From an uncultured Gemmatimonadales bacterium (GTDB lineage Bacteria; Gemmatimonadota; Gemmatimonadetes; Longimicrobiales; Gaopeijiaceae): a stretch of 64,000 nucleotides of DNA. The stretch covers positions 3,392,001 to 3,456,000 of the forward strand of contig CAWELD010000003.1 of the NCBI GenBank assembly GCA_963809895.1. The letters are read 5' to 3'. Below the pieces are notes generated by a model, which did no database searches, was not told the origin of the DNA, and worked only from the letters and a program-made list of their open reading frames with translations. A program made the position numbers and the translations under genes. Positions 20,465 to 33,015 of this stretch are shown one piece after another; the first letter of the stretch is position 1; each line of letters begins with the position of its first letter.

Positions 20465-20989
20465 ATGAGACGCTTGTCCCCACTCCGGATCCTGCCCTGT
20501 CTGGTCGCCGTGCTCCCGCTGGCGGCGTGCGGTGGCGGGAATGCGCCTCCGCCTCCGACGCCAGGCCGCCGGGTCGAAGCCGTGCCCGACGCCGATCGCC
20601 TCTACCGCGGTGACCGCACCGCCATGGACTCGGTCATGGTGGTCATCAACGATCCCCAGACGCTACAGCTCTGGTGGCAGCGCGCCACGGCCGAGGCCCC
20701 GGAGCCGCGCCCCGGCGTACCCACCGTGGACTTCGATCAGCACACGGTGCTCATGGTGTCGGCGGGTCGCATGAACAACGGCGACCGCATCCGCGTGGAC
20801 AGCCTGGGCTTCGAGGTGCAGGCGGAACCCGGGGGAGGGCGCAGCGAGGTGTGGTTCGCCATCGTGCGCACCACCCGCGACTGCAATCCCCTGCCCGGCG
20901 TTCGCTACCCCCTGGAGTTCGTACGCATCTCCAAGGTGCAGGAAGTGCGCTTCGATCCGCGGCTCACCGCGTGCCCGGGAGGCGCTTGA
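20465..20989 (+). CDS. Small lipoprotein, PrcB C-terminal-like domain
   Basis: MRRLSPLRILPCLVAVLPLAAC lipobox. PTVDFDQHTVLMVSAG..GDRIRVDSL resembles the PrcB_C pattern (recognised by eye). The start is inferred. Confidence 0.65.
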   Translation: MRRLSPLRILPCLVAVLPLAACGGGNAPPPPTPGRRVEAVPDADRLYRGDRTAMDSVMVVINDPQTLQLWWQRATAEAPEPRPGVPTVDFDQHTVLMVSAGRMNNGDRIRVDSLGFEVQAEPGGGRSEVWFAIVRTTRDCNPLPGVRYPLEFVRISKVQEVRFDPRLTACPGGA

Positions 20990-23006
20990 CCCTGGCAGGC
21001 CCCCCGTTCGCCACCTCGCCCCCCGGGGGCATGGCGAGGCCATCGAATTCCAGCGTGTCGAAGGGTCGGGGGATCCGGAGCGCCGGAGCCGAGGTGCCGC
21101 CGCCTCGGATCTCGGGAGCAGGCACCGACATTGCCGGAGCGCCGGGCGCCGACGTCTCCAGGGCCGGATAGCCACAGTTGCCGTCGGTGGTGGTGGCGGC
21201 GAACGTGACGTTGGTGTAGTCGGCGAAGGCGTAGATGCCGATCCACACCACTCCGTCCGCAGGTGCGGTCCACACGATCGATTCGTCGAAGCCGCTCGTC
21301 AGGCTCGACGCGTCGGAGACGGCAATGGTGGGCTTGTCGGTCATGCGGATGTAGAGGTCCGGATCGCCGGTGGCGGTGGAGCCGGCCGTCTGCGCCAGGG
21401 TGAACTGATACTCGCGGCCTGCGAAGACCCTCATCTTCAGGTAGATGAAGTTGCCGGCCGTGCGCCCCAGGCCCGTGAAGCTCCAGCATGGGGCCCACCA
21501 CGAATCCTGGTTGCCGGCGCCGGGGCCGAGCATGCCGATGTCACTCCAGGCGGCGCCGGCCCGCGCGAAGATCCTGTCGACCCCGCTGGCCCCGCCGGTG
21601 AGCGTGTAGAGCCCGTCGGCGTCGATCGATCCCAGGCCGGAGCCGACGTAGCTTCCCCAGTTGATGGGATCCCCGGGCACCTGATCGCCACTCGCATCGT
21701 AGGCCACGGCCTGCACCAGCCCTGCTCCCTGCGCGCTCAGGTCGAGCGTATTCATGGGCTGGAGCACCACGGTGGCGGGGAGCATCAGACGAGACTCGAA
21801 CCACTCGCTCCACGCGCCGGTTCCGTCCTGGATGCGAATCCGGAAATCGATGAAGGTGAGGTCACCGGGATCGCCGTAGCACAGGGTGCTCTGCTCCACC
21901 AGCGTGCCGGAGCCGCCGTCGGATGCCGGCGTGAAGGCCCAGGAACGGCCATCCAGGGCGACCCAGTCCGCCTGATCCTCGAAGCGGAACTCCGACTGGA
22001 CGCCTGTCGGCTCGGTGAGGGGACCGCTCGTGGAGACGTTGCCGTCGGCGTCCGAATAGTCGGCCTCTCCGGCGACCCTGAAGCCCAGCGCACCGGGCCC
22101 ACATCCGGTGATGAACGGCCGGAACTCGGTGTCGAAGCGCGTGATCATGGGGGGATTCACCACGTCCACCGTGGCCATCCCCTGCACGCCCTCGGTCTCG
22201 GCGGTGATGATGGCGCGTCCCTCGGCCTTGGCCTCCACCAGCCCCGTCGCCGACACGGTGGCCACGCTTTCGTCGTCGCTGGACCAGGTGACGGTCTTGC
22301 CGGTGAGCTCGTTGCCGCCGGTGTCACGGACCGTGGCCTGGAGCTGGACGGTCTGGCCCACCAGCAGCTGGTTGCTGGCCGGGGCGACCTCCACGGAGCC
22401 GACCCCGGCGTTCACCTGCACGGTGGCAGGCGCTGACGCCAGCCCCAGCGTGCCGAAGGGACTGCGCGCGCTGGCCCGGACGTAGTGCACGCCGGGCTCG
22501 TTGATGGTGAGCGTGGCGCCGGTCGTGGACACCTCGGCGGACTGCGGGCTCCCGAAGCCCGAATCGTCGTCCCACTCGACGCGGTACCCGTTCGCGTTGG
22601 AGACCGGGTCGATCTGGATGCTGAACGAGGCGCCCTGGGTGACCTGGTTCGGCGCGTTCACGAAGTCGGGCACGAAACTGGCGAGATTGAGGACCGCCGT
22701 AGAGGTCTGGCCCGCCACCACGCCCACCGTCGTGCGTGCGAACTCCACCAGGGCGCCGGATGCCCGGGCCTCCAGCGAAACCGTGTAGCTCCCCGGTTGC
22801 AGGTTCTTGACCTCTACCGTCTCACCGGGTGACAACGAGCGCGTGCTCGGCGTGGGCCCCTCGACGTGGAGTGTACCCCCGTCCACCACCTGAGCGGTGG
22901 TCTGCGTGATCTGGAGCGAGAGGACCGCGGCCACCTTCGGGTCCGTGCTGGACTCACAGGCCGCCAACGCCAGGAGCGCGCACAGCGCCGCCGCGCGCGC
23001 CCTCAC
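20964..23006 (-). CDS. Surface lipoprotein with Ig-like (Big_2/FN3-like) domains and a C-terminal PPC-like domain
   Basis: Lipobox LALAAC. Big_2 repeat VEVAP..LLVGQTVQLQATVRD..VTWSSDDESVATVSATGLV. PPC-like TGDPDLYIR...DESI..PADGVVWIGIYAF. Confidence 0.8.
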   Translation of the reverse strand: MRARAAALCALLALAACESSTDPKVAAVLSLQITQTTAQVVDGGTLHVEGPTPSTRSLSPGETVEVKNLQPGSYTVSLEARASGALVEFARTTVGVVAGQTSTAVLNLASFVPDFVNAPNQVTQGASFSIQIDPVSNANGYRVEWDDDSGFGSPQSAEVSTTGATLTINEPGVHYVRASARSPFGTLGLASAPATVQVNAGVGSVEVAPASNQLLVGQTVQLQATVRDTGGNELTGKTVTWSSDDESVATVSATGLVEAKAEGRAIITAETEGVQGMATVDVVNPPMITRFDTEFRPFITGCGPGALGFRVAGEADYSDADGNVSTSGPLTEPTGVQSEFRFEDQADWVALDGRSWAFTPASDGGSGTLVEQSTLCYGDPGDLTFIDFRIRIQDGTGAWSEWFESRLMLPATVVLQPMNTLDLSAQGAGLVQAVAYDASGDQVPGDPINWGSYVGSGLGSIDADGLYTLTGGASGVDRIFARAGAAWSDIGMLGPGAGNQDSWWAPCWSFTGLGRTAGNFIYLKMRVFAGREYQFTLAQTAGSTATGDPDLYIRMTDKPTIAVSDASSLTSGFDESIVWTAPADGVVWIGIYAFADYTNVTFAATTTDGNCGYPALETSAPGAPAMSVPAPEIRGGGTSAPALRIPRPFDTLEFDGLAMPPGGEVANGGPARVKRLPGTR

Positions 23007-24360
23007 TGCTGGCCTCCGGGAAACGTCACCCTGATGATGCCGGTGGTGGGCGGTGGTGGCTCCTCACCCCCACCGCCACCACCGCCGCCGAGGACCGCGG
23101 CGGCCACGCCCACCACGGCGGCGCCGGCGCCGATCCACTTCCATGGCGGCCCGCCACCTCCGCTCGGGGCGCCGGCAGCCTCCGGAGTCGTCTGCGCCAC
23201 CTGCTCCGCCAACGCCCGCTCCAGAAGCCGGGCCGCCAGGCTCATGGGGGCGACCTGGTCGGGTCCAACCACCACCCCGAGGAGGGCGCCGCTGCGGTCC
23301 ACGAGCGGCGCGCCCTGAGCGTCCTGGGGCAGCGCCGAGGCCAACGTCACCAGGCCCTGCGGGCTGGACGGCCAGTCACCGAGCCGCGCGCGGCCGCTGG
23401 CCGCCGGCTGGCAGCCCGGATGGAAGACGGACCACACGTACGCGCCGCTCGACGGCCGCGCTCCGCTGGAGAGCGTCGGTTGCCCCGAAGCGCCCAAACG
23501 CAGCACGGCGAGGTCCAGATCCTGATCGCTGGCCGCCACCGAGATGTCGCTGTAGACCCCGCCCGGCGTCGTGACCGTGAGTCCCGAGCTCTGGGGAAGG
23601 CCGCTCCTGGAGGTCAGGACCACGCCGTCCGAGCGTGCCAGGAAGCCGGTGGTGCAGAACTGCTGACCACCCTGGTCGTAGCGGATGCTCACCAGCGTCG
23701 AGGCCACCCGGCTCTCCACGTCGGCGGCGAGCAGGGGCGCCAGGGCGAAGCCCACCTCCGTGGTGACACCAGGCAGGATCTCGCGGGTGATCTGCGCCGG
23801 CTCGTAGCCGTCGGCGGAGGCGGACAGACGGTACGTGCCCGGCGGGAGCGTGAGCTCGCCCCCGGCCGATACCGCGCCCTGGCCCTCGACGTTCACGGTC
23901 ACCGGCACTCCGGCGCCGCTCACGGCCAGCGTGCCCTGGGCGTCGGCGTCGAAGGTGCCGGGCCAGCGCCAGTCGGTGGTGGTCACGTCCTCGTCGCCGG
24001 CCCCCTCACCCTGCACCGCCGCCAGCGCCCGGTCGTATGCGTCCACCACGCGGGGCGGGAGCGTGCGGTCCACGGGCCACTGGCGGCCCTCGCGGGCGGA
24101 CCAGCGGAGCCACACGCCGGCCAGGTCCTGGTCGCCGAGGCCCAGGAGGGTGAGCGCCATCTCGTGCACGCTCACCGCCCACAGACTGTCCCGAGGCGCG
24201 GCGTCGGGGTCGGCGGCGCGCATGAGGAGATCCAGAGCGGCCGAATCACTCAACTGGCTGCGGGCCTGCTCCACGAGCCGGGCCCGATCCTGGGCTACGG
24301 CCGGACGAGCGCCGAAGGCCACGACCGCGAGCGTCACCATCGAGACCGTCGCGAGCTTCT

Positions 24361-24364
<4 letters not shown>
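23003..24364 (-). CDS. Exported protein: PEGA-like domain, degenerate trypsin-like domain, C-terminal TM/Gly-rich tail
   Basis: Signal peptide (AVA|Q), LPPGTYRLSASADGY. Trypsin-like TGFLARSDGVVLTS, DQDLDLAVL, DAQGAPLVDRSGALLGVV, with no catalytic His or Ser. WKWIGAGAAVVGVAAAVL TM. Confidence 0.75.
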
Positions 24365-27411
<3,047 letters not shown>

Positions 27412-27465
27412 GCTCGCGGGGAGGGCCAGGAGCCGCGATCACTTGGCTTCTTCACCGGGACGCTG

Positions 27466-27495
27466 AGAATAGGCCGGGGTCATCGGCGAGGTCAA
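27466..27495 (-). promoter_or_regulatory. Sigma70-type promoter for the minus-strand kinase operon
   Basis: TTGACC (27495-27490), 18-nt spacer, TATTCT (27471-27466), about 55 nt upstream of the 27411 start. Confidence 0.6.
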
Positions 27496-27639
27496 GGATT
27501 CGAGCGCGCCGTGGGCCACGGCCGGGAAGCACCGCCAGACTTGCCGATCCGACCCACCGGCGCCACCGTGGACATGACAGGTCGCTGACCTGGCGAGCGC
27601 TGCCCTTCCGAGCTCTCCACCCGCGAGGACCAGGCCTTC

Positions 27640-29430
27640 ATGACGCCCACCGCCGGAGACCCCGACGGCCCCAGGGATCCCCGCGATCGCATCGGTACGA
27701 TCCTCGCCGGGCGCTACGAACTGGTGGAGTATCTAGGGGGAGGGGCGCAGGGCGAGGTGTACGCGGGCATCCACCGCAAGATCGGCCGCCGGGACGCCAT
27801 CAAGATCCTCAAGAACCGGTTCCGGCACGACTCCGACGCCGTGGCGCGCTTCACGCGGGGCGCCGCCAACGCCTCCAGGATCTCGCACCCCAACGTGTGC
27901 ACGGTCTACGACTTCGGCGAGACCGACGAGGGCCTGCCCTTCCTGGCCTCCGAGTTCGTTTCGGGCGAAACCCTGGGCGATATCCTGGAGCGCGACGGGG
28001 TCCTGACGCCGGAGCGGGTCGTGGAGATCGCCCGCCAGGTGGCCTCGGCGCTGGAAGCGGCACACCAGCTTGGCATCGTGCATCGCGACCTGAAGCCGGA
28101 CAACATCATGCTCACCACCGACGCGGCCGGACGCGAGCGCGTGAAGGTGGTGGATTTCGACATCGCCAAGGGATCCAAGGAGGGCCTGGAGGGCGGGATC
28201 ACCCGTGGCGGCTGGGTGGTGGGCACCCCCCAGTACATGAGCCCGGAGCAGCTCAGCGAGGACGCACTCGACGGCCGAAGCGACATCTACTCGCTGGCCG
28301 TGGTCCTCTTCAAAGCGCTCACCGGGCGGCTGCCCACCCGCAGCTCCTCCACGCAGGACCTCATGGTCGAGCGGCTGACCCAGGACGCGTTGCTCCTCTC
28401 GGAGGCGGTGCCCGATGCGGGGTTCCCGCCGGCGCTCGAGCAGGCTCTGGCGGCCGGGCTGGCCCGCAAGCGCGAGGACCGTCCGCCCCGCGCCATGGAC
28501 TTCGCGCACCGGCTCGCGGCGTCGCTCACGGCCGGGGGGGCGTCGGCGGGGCTGCCCGCTACGGAGTTGCAGCCGGTACGGACCGAGGTGCCACCCACCA
28601 CGGCCGGCCCGTCGCCCGGAGCCGGCTCCCGAGACGCGCCGCCCCCTGGGGTCGGCTCCGGGAATACCCGCCGTTGGGTGCAGGTGGCCATCGGCGGCGT
28701 GCTGGTGGTGGTGGTCCTCTTCGGCGGATGGTCCCTGGTGTCCGGCGGGAGAGGCGACGCGCCCCCCGTCGACGACGTCGAAACCCCGCCCCGGGCCGCG
28801 ACTCCCGACCGGCTGCAGACGACCCCCGCCGAACTCCGTTTTTCCGCCACGGTCGGCCAGGCACCGGACCCAGCCAGCGTCGCGGTTCGCGCCGCGTCGG
28901 GCGGCTCCGCTCCGGTGGAGGTCCGTGCCGAGTACGACGGCGATGCAGGCGGCTGGCTCGATGCCGCCCTGGATGGCGCGCAGACGCCCACCACGCTGCG
29001 CGTCACGCCCCGAGGCGACGGACTCGCCGCCGGCACCTACAGCGGCCGGGTCGTGCTCCGCCTCGGAGCGGACGGCCCCGAGCAGGCGATCCCCGTGCGC
29101 ATGGAGCTGGCCGAAGCTCCCGGACCGTCGCCCGGCCCGCAGCCGAGCGCCGCCGACCTCGCCGCCCGAGCCCGCCGCATGCTGGTGTTGGTGAGCAGCG
29201 CCGGGAGCGACCGGGAGCTCCGCGCGGTGCGGGACTCCACGGCCCCGCTCTGGGAGAACCGCTCCCTGCCCGACCGCACCCGGGCCCTGGCCGCCTACGT
29301 ACACGGCCTGGCCCTGTCACGCCTGGGCGAGGGGGGAGCCGAGGCGTGCCGCCTGTGGGCCGGGCGAGCCCTGGACCTGGCGCCCGACGACGAGAGCTAT
29401 CAGCGGCAGCTCGAGGGATGCGGCTCCTGA
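27640..29430 (+). CDS. Atypical Ser/Thr kinase: kinase, TM, BACON-like domain, helical C-terminus
   Basis: LGGGAQG, DAIK, HRDLKPDN, GTPQYMSPE, SDIYSL are present. RFTRGA has no alphaC Glu and DFD replaces DFG. TM VAIGGVLVVVVLFGGWSLV. Confidence 0.92.
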   Translation: MTPTAGDPDGPRDPRDRIGTILAGRYELVEYLGGGAQGEVYAGIHRKIGRRDAIKILKNRFRHDSDAVARFTRGAANASRISHPNVCTVYDFGETDEGLPFLASEFVSGETLGDILERDGVLTPERVVEIARQVASALEAAHQLGIVHRDLKPDNIMLTTDAAGRERVKVVDFDIAKGSKEGLEGGITRGGWVVGTPQYMSPEQLSEDALDGRSDIYSLAVVLFKALTGRLPTRSSSTQDLMVERLTQDALLLSEAVPDAGFPPALEQALAAGLARKREDRPPRAMDFAHRLAASLTAGGASAGLPATELQPVRTEVPPTTAGPSPGAGSRDAPPPGVGSGNTRRWVQVAIGGVLVVVVLFGGWSLVSGGRGDAPPVDDVETPPRAATPDRLQTTPAELRFSATVGQAPDPASVAVRAASGGSAPVEVRAEYDGDAGGWLDAALDGAQTPTTLRVTPRGDGLAAGTYSGRVVLRLGADGPEQAIPVRMELAEAPGPSPGPQPSAADLAARARRMLVLVSSAGSDRELRAVRDSTAPLWENRSLPDRTRALAAYVHGLALSRLGEGGAEACRLWAGRALDLAPDDESYQRQLEGCGS

Positions 29431-29453
29431 GCTGCGCCGCGGACTGATCCGCC

Positions 29454-30863
29454 GTGTCCCGGATACGCGTGGAGCGTGGAGCCCGGGCCGGGTGGTCCGT
29501 CGAGCTCGCCGACGACGAGGTGCTCGTCGGCCGAGCCCCCGGCGCCGGCGTGCGCATGGACCCCGAAGCCGACCGGGGCGTGTCGGCGCGGCACGCCCTC
29601 CTGGTGCGATCCCCCGAAGGCTGGACCGTCCGGGACCTCGGAAGTCGCAACGGCACGCGCCTCAACGGCGAGCCGCTCACCTCGGTCGCGCTGCTGAGGC
29701 CTGGGGATCGCATCGAGCTGGGAGACGGCGGACCTCGCCTCGTCTACGAAGAAGGGCGGCCGGCACGTTCGGCGCCTTCGCACGCAGACCCGCCGCGCAC
29801 GGTCGCCGCTCCGCGGCCGAAACAGGGCGGGGGCCGGGTGGTGGGACTCACCGTGGCCGTGGCGGCCGTGGGCGCCCTCGCCCTCGCCGCGGTGTTCACC
29901 CGACGCTCCGCTCCCGGCGCCTCGACGAGCGAGGCGGAGCGGGCGAGCCCCGCCCTGCCCGTCCCGGACACGACTGCGGCAGACCCGGACTCCACCGCCC
30001 GCGAGCTCGAGGCTCTGCGTTCACGGGTGGCGGGGCTGGCCGAGGAGCTGCGACGCTCCCGCGACCAGGCCGATTCGCTTCAGGCGGCGCTGGACCAGGC
30101 CGAGGAACGGGGCGCCGACGACGGCGAGGTCCAGGAGCTCCGGCGCAGGCTCCAGTCGGCCAGCGCCGCCCTGCTGCGCCAACAGGCGGCCGCCACCCTC
30201 GACTTCGCCGATCTGGAGGCGAGCACCCGCGCCGCCACCGCCCAGGTCTACGTGGAGTTTCCCGGCGGGCGCGTGATCGCCGCCACCGCCTTCGCCGTGG
30301 ACTCCGCCGGTTGGCTCGTCACCAATCGGCACGTGGTGCGGGACTCCGCGGGCGCCCGTCCCGAGCGCATCGGCGTCCAGCTCGCCGGCCGCTCCGGCGT
30401 GCTTCCGGCCCAGGTGCTGGCGGTGGCCAACCTCGACGACGTGGCGTTGCTGCAGGTGCGGGCGCCCGGTGCGCTGCCGGTGATCCGGGGCTTCAACGAG
30501 CGGCTCGACACGATCCGCTCAGGGGCGGCGGTGGCGTCGTTCGGCTTTCCGCTGGGCGGCGACGCGGCGGCGCTGGAGGGCCGTGGCGGCACCATCGCCG
30601 AGCCGTTGGTGACCGCCGGCATCCTCACCGACCACGGCGGCGAGCTGCTCGAGGTGCAGGGCTACGGCGCCCGGGGCGCCAGCGGCAGCCCTCTGGTGGA
30701 CGGCCGCGGTCACGTGCTGGGGATGATCGTCGGTGGCCGCATCGAAGGCGAGACCCAGACGCTCTTCGCCGTGCGGGCGGACCGCATCCGCGAGTTCCTG
30801 GACCGGCGGCGGGTGGGTCCGGGGGGGCGACCGCGTGAGCCGGGGCGGCGCCCCCGGACCTAG
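29454..30863 (+). CDS. FHA domain, TM, coiled coil, trypsin-like serine protease
   Basis: FHA motifs LVGR, VSARHA, RDLGSRNGTRLNG. TM VVGLTVAVAAVGALALAAVF. Intact triad VTNRHVV / DDVALL / GASGSPL. Confidence 0.92.
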   Translation: MSRIRVERGARAGWSVELADDEVLVGRAPGAGVRMDPEADRGVSARHALLVRSPEGWTVRDLGSRNGTRLNGEPLTSVALLRPGDRIELGDGGPRLVYEEGRPARSAPSHADPPRTVAAPRPKQGGGRVVGLTVAVAAVGALALAAVFTRRSAPGASTSEAERASPALPVPDTTAADPDSTARELEALRSRVAGLAEELRRSRDQADSLQAALDQAEERGADDGEVQELRRRLQSASAALLRQQAAATLDFADLEASTRAATAQVYVEFPGGRVIAATAFAVDSAGWLVTNRHVVRDSAGARPERIGVQLAGRSGVLPAQVLAVANLDDVALLQVRAPGALPVIRGFNERLDTIRSGAAVASFGFPLGGDAAALEGRGGTIAEPLVTAGILTDHGGELLEVQGYGARGASGSPLVDGRGHVLGMIVGGRIEGETQTLFAVRADRIREFLDRRRVGPGGRPREPGRRPRT

Positions 30864-30897
30864 CAGAGGCCGGGCCTCGTCGGCAGCGACGGGTGCG

Positions 30898-31629
30898 TCA
30901 GACGCCGGAGCGCTCCTTCTCCAGCGTCTGCCGGGGCTCCTCCCAGTCGGGGAACTTGTCCACGACCCGGTCGAGCTGCTCCATGCCCTCGTCGCGGAAT
31001 CCCTCGTCCAGGAGCTTGAGCGCCAGCGAGTACTCGGTGAACGCCTCGGGCGGCACCTGCTTCGACTGCTCCTCCCGCTCCTCCTTCACCTGCTGCGGCA
31101 GCGGCGGCAGGTCCACGGAGCGCGTGAGCTGATCGGCCAGGTCGACGATGAGCGTGAGGATCTCGGTCCTCGGTCCCTGCTCCTTGGCGCCGGTCTCCCA
31201 TTCCCCGGTCTCCACGTCGACGATGCGGGCGTCGATGCGCACCTGGCCGAAGATGTCGGCGAAACTGCCGAGCACCACGTAGTGGGCCTGGACCAGGCGA
31301 CCGACCTGCAGCGCGGTGGCGGGATCCACCAACCGGTCGTTCTCCTGCAGATTCAGCTCCTGGATCAGGTCCGCGATGCGTCCACGCTCGACGATGCGGA
31401 GCCCGGAGTTCTGGCCCAGTTCGGTGAGAAGCATCTGCTGGAGGCCGACACCCAGCGCGTCGAAGTTCTCGGCCTCGGCGCCGGGCCCGTGCGAACCGCC
31501 GTTGTCGAAACGCAAGACGGCGACTCCGGGCCGCGTATCGGCGGCGGCCGAATCCTGGGCGGCGAGGCCCGGCGCGGAAACGAAGGCTGCGGTGGCGACA
31601 GCGATGGCGAAACGGACCGGACTTGCCAT
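30898..31629 (-). CDS. Exported CsgG/HfaB/TolB-N-like protein
   Basis: Signal peptide (LAA|Q), VAVLRFDN, LRIVERGRIADLIQELNL, VDPATALQVGRLVQAHYVVLGSF, RIDARIVDVETGE. Confidence 0.85.
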   Translation of the reverse strand: MASPVRFAIAVATAAFVSAPGLAAQDSAAADTRPGVAVLRFDNGGSHGPGAEAENFDALGVGLQQMLLTELGQNSGLRIVERGRIADLIQELNLQENDRLVDPATALQVGRLVQAHYVVLGSFADIFGQVRIDARIVDVETGEWETGAKEQGPRTEILTLIVDLADQLTRSVDLPPLPQQVKEEREEQSKQVPPEAFTEYSLALKLLDEGFRDEGMEQLDRVVDKFPDWEEPRQTLEKERSGV

Positions 31630-31698
31630 AAGATTCTCCAGAAGCCGGATACCCAAGCCAGGACATGCGCGGCCATGTCCCTCTCTGGATGGTTAGTC

Positions 31699-33015
31699 AT
31701 GAACGGAACGCCGCGCCAGCCTCTACGACGTGGTCGGAACTGGTGCCTGCCCTGGATCGTGGCCGCGCTCGGCGCGTGCGCCACCGCCCCTCCGCAGGCG
31801 CCCGGACCGTCGGAGCTCCCCGCCCTCGAAGCCCGGTTGCGCGCCGACTCCACCGACGTAGCCACGCTGGTGGCGCTGGGCGCCGGTTATCAGGCGGCGA
31901 ACGATCCGGAGCGGGCTCGACCGCTGCTGGAGAAGGCGGTGGCCCTGGCTCCCGACGATCAGGCGGCTATCCTGTTTCTGGGGGCGACCTACGAGGACCT
32001 GGAGCTGCTGGACCAGGCGCTGGCCACCTACACGAGCTACCTCGAAGGCAATCCCTCCGACGACGATCGTGACCGGGTGCAGGACCGCGTCGCCCTCCTG
32101 CGCAGGAGGTTGGTGGAGCGGAGGGTGCGGGCCATCGTGCAGGGTGAGGCGACCCGGACCGTGGCCCCCTCGACGGTGGCCGTCTTCCCGTTCGTGTACG
32201 CCGGCACCAGTGAGGACTACGCGCCGCTGGGCCGGGCGCTGGCCGCGATGCTGGCCACGGACCTCTCCCTCACCGACCGACTCACGGTGGTGGAACGCCT
32301 GGAGCTCCAGCTCCTCCTCGACGAGACCGCCCTGGGACAATCGGCGCTGGTAGATCCCGCCACCGCGGTGCAGCCGGGCCGGCTGGTGGGAGCCGGCGAG
32401 GTCGTGCAGGGCGCCCTGGGCGGCGACGACCAGACCGTGACGCTGGAAGCGGCCGTGGTAGGCGTCTCGGACCAGACCGGTGAGGTGCGCTTCAACGTGT
32501 CGAACCAGGGCGCGGCCTCGGACCTGTTCGACCTGGAGAAGGACATGGCGTTCTCGCTGTACGACGCCCTGGGCGTGGAGCTCACGCCGGCCGAGCGTGA
32601 GCGCATCAGCGAACGCTGGACCGACAACGTCCAGGCGTTGCTGCAGTTCGGCATGGGGCTCGAGGCGGAGGACCGCGGCGACTACGCCGAAGCCCGAGCC
32701 CGTTACCAGCAGGCGGTGCGGCTGGATCCCGGGTTCGATCAGGCGCAATCCAGAGCCGGGAGCGCCGACGAGATCTTCCGGGCCGCCAGCGTCGGGGTCG
32801 CCGAGATCGCCGACATCGCCCGGGCGCAGCTGTCGGTGAACCTGTCCGACTTCCAGGACCTGGTCACGCTCGAGGGCCTGCTGAACGGCACGCTGGACCT
32901 GGTGAACCTGCCCGGGGTGCGGGACGTCGCCACCGAGCTGCTGGGTGTGGAGGGATTCCGGCCGGCCACGCTGCACATCGTCCTGGGCCCGCCGAAGGGC
33001 GGGAGTGACCGATGA
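31699..33015 (+). CDS. TPR plus CsgG-like lipoprotein
   Basis: Lipobox ALGAC. TPRs (LVALGAGYQ..ARPLLEKAVALAPDD). VAVFPF, LTVVERLELQLLLDE, VDPATAVQPGRLVGA. C-terminal TPR YQQAVRLDPGF. Confidence 0.85.
   Translation: MNGTPRQPLRRGRNWCLPWIVAALGACATAPPQAPGPSELPALEARLRADSTDVATLVALGAGYQAANDPERARPLLEKAVALAPDDQAAILFLGATYEDLELLDQALATYTSYLEGNPSDDDRDRVQDRVALLRRRLVERRVRAIVQGEATRTVAPSTVAVFPFVYAGTSEDYAPLGRALAAMLATDLSLTDRLTVVERLELQLLLDETALGQSALVDPATAVQPGRLVGAGEVVQGALGGDDQTVTLEAAVVGVSDQTGEVRFNVSNQGAASDLFDLEKDMAFSLYDALGVELTPAERERISERWTDNVQALLQFGMGLEAEDRGDYAEARARYQQAVRLDPGFDQAQSRAGSADEIFRAASVGVAEIADIARAQLSVNLSDFQDLVTLEGLLNGTLDLVNLPGVRDVATELLGVEGFRPATLHIVLGPPKGGSDR

Noticed and set aside
30733..31698. N-terminal extension of the 760-aa ORF
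   Set aside because: Antisense to the CsgG-like gene. The lipoprotein signal begins at 31699.
30898..33015. Curli biogenesis system
   Set aside because: No csgA/B/E/F-like genes. Only the CsgG-like domain is shared.
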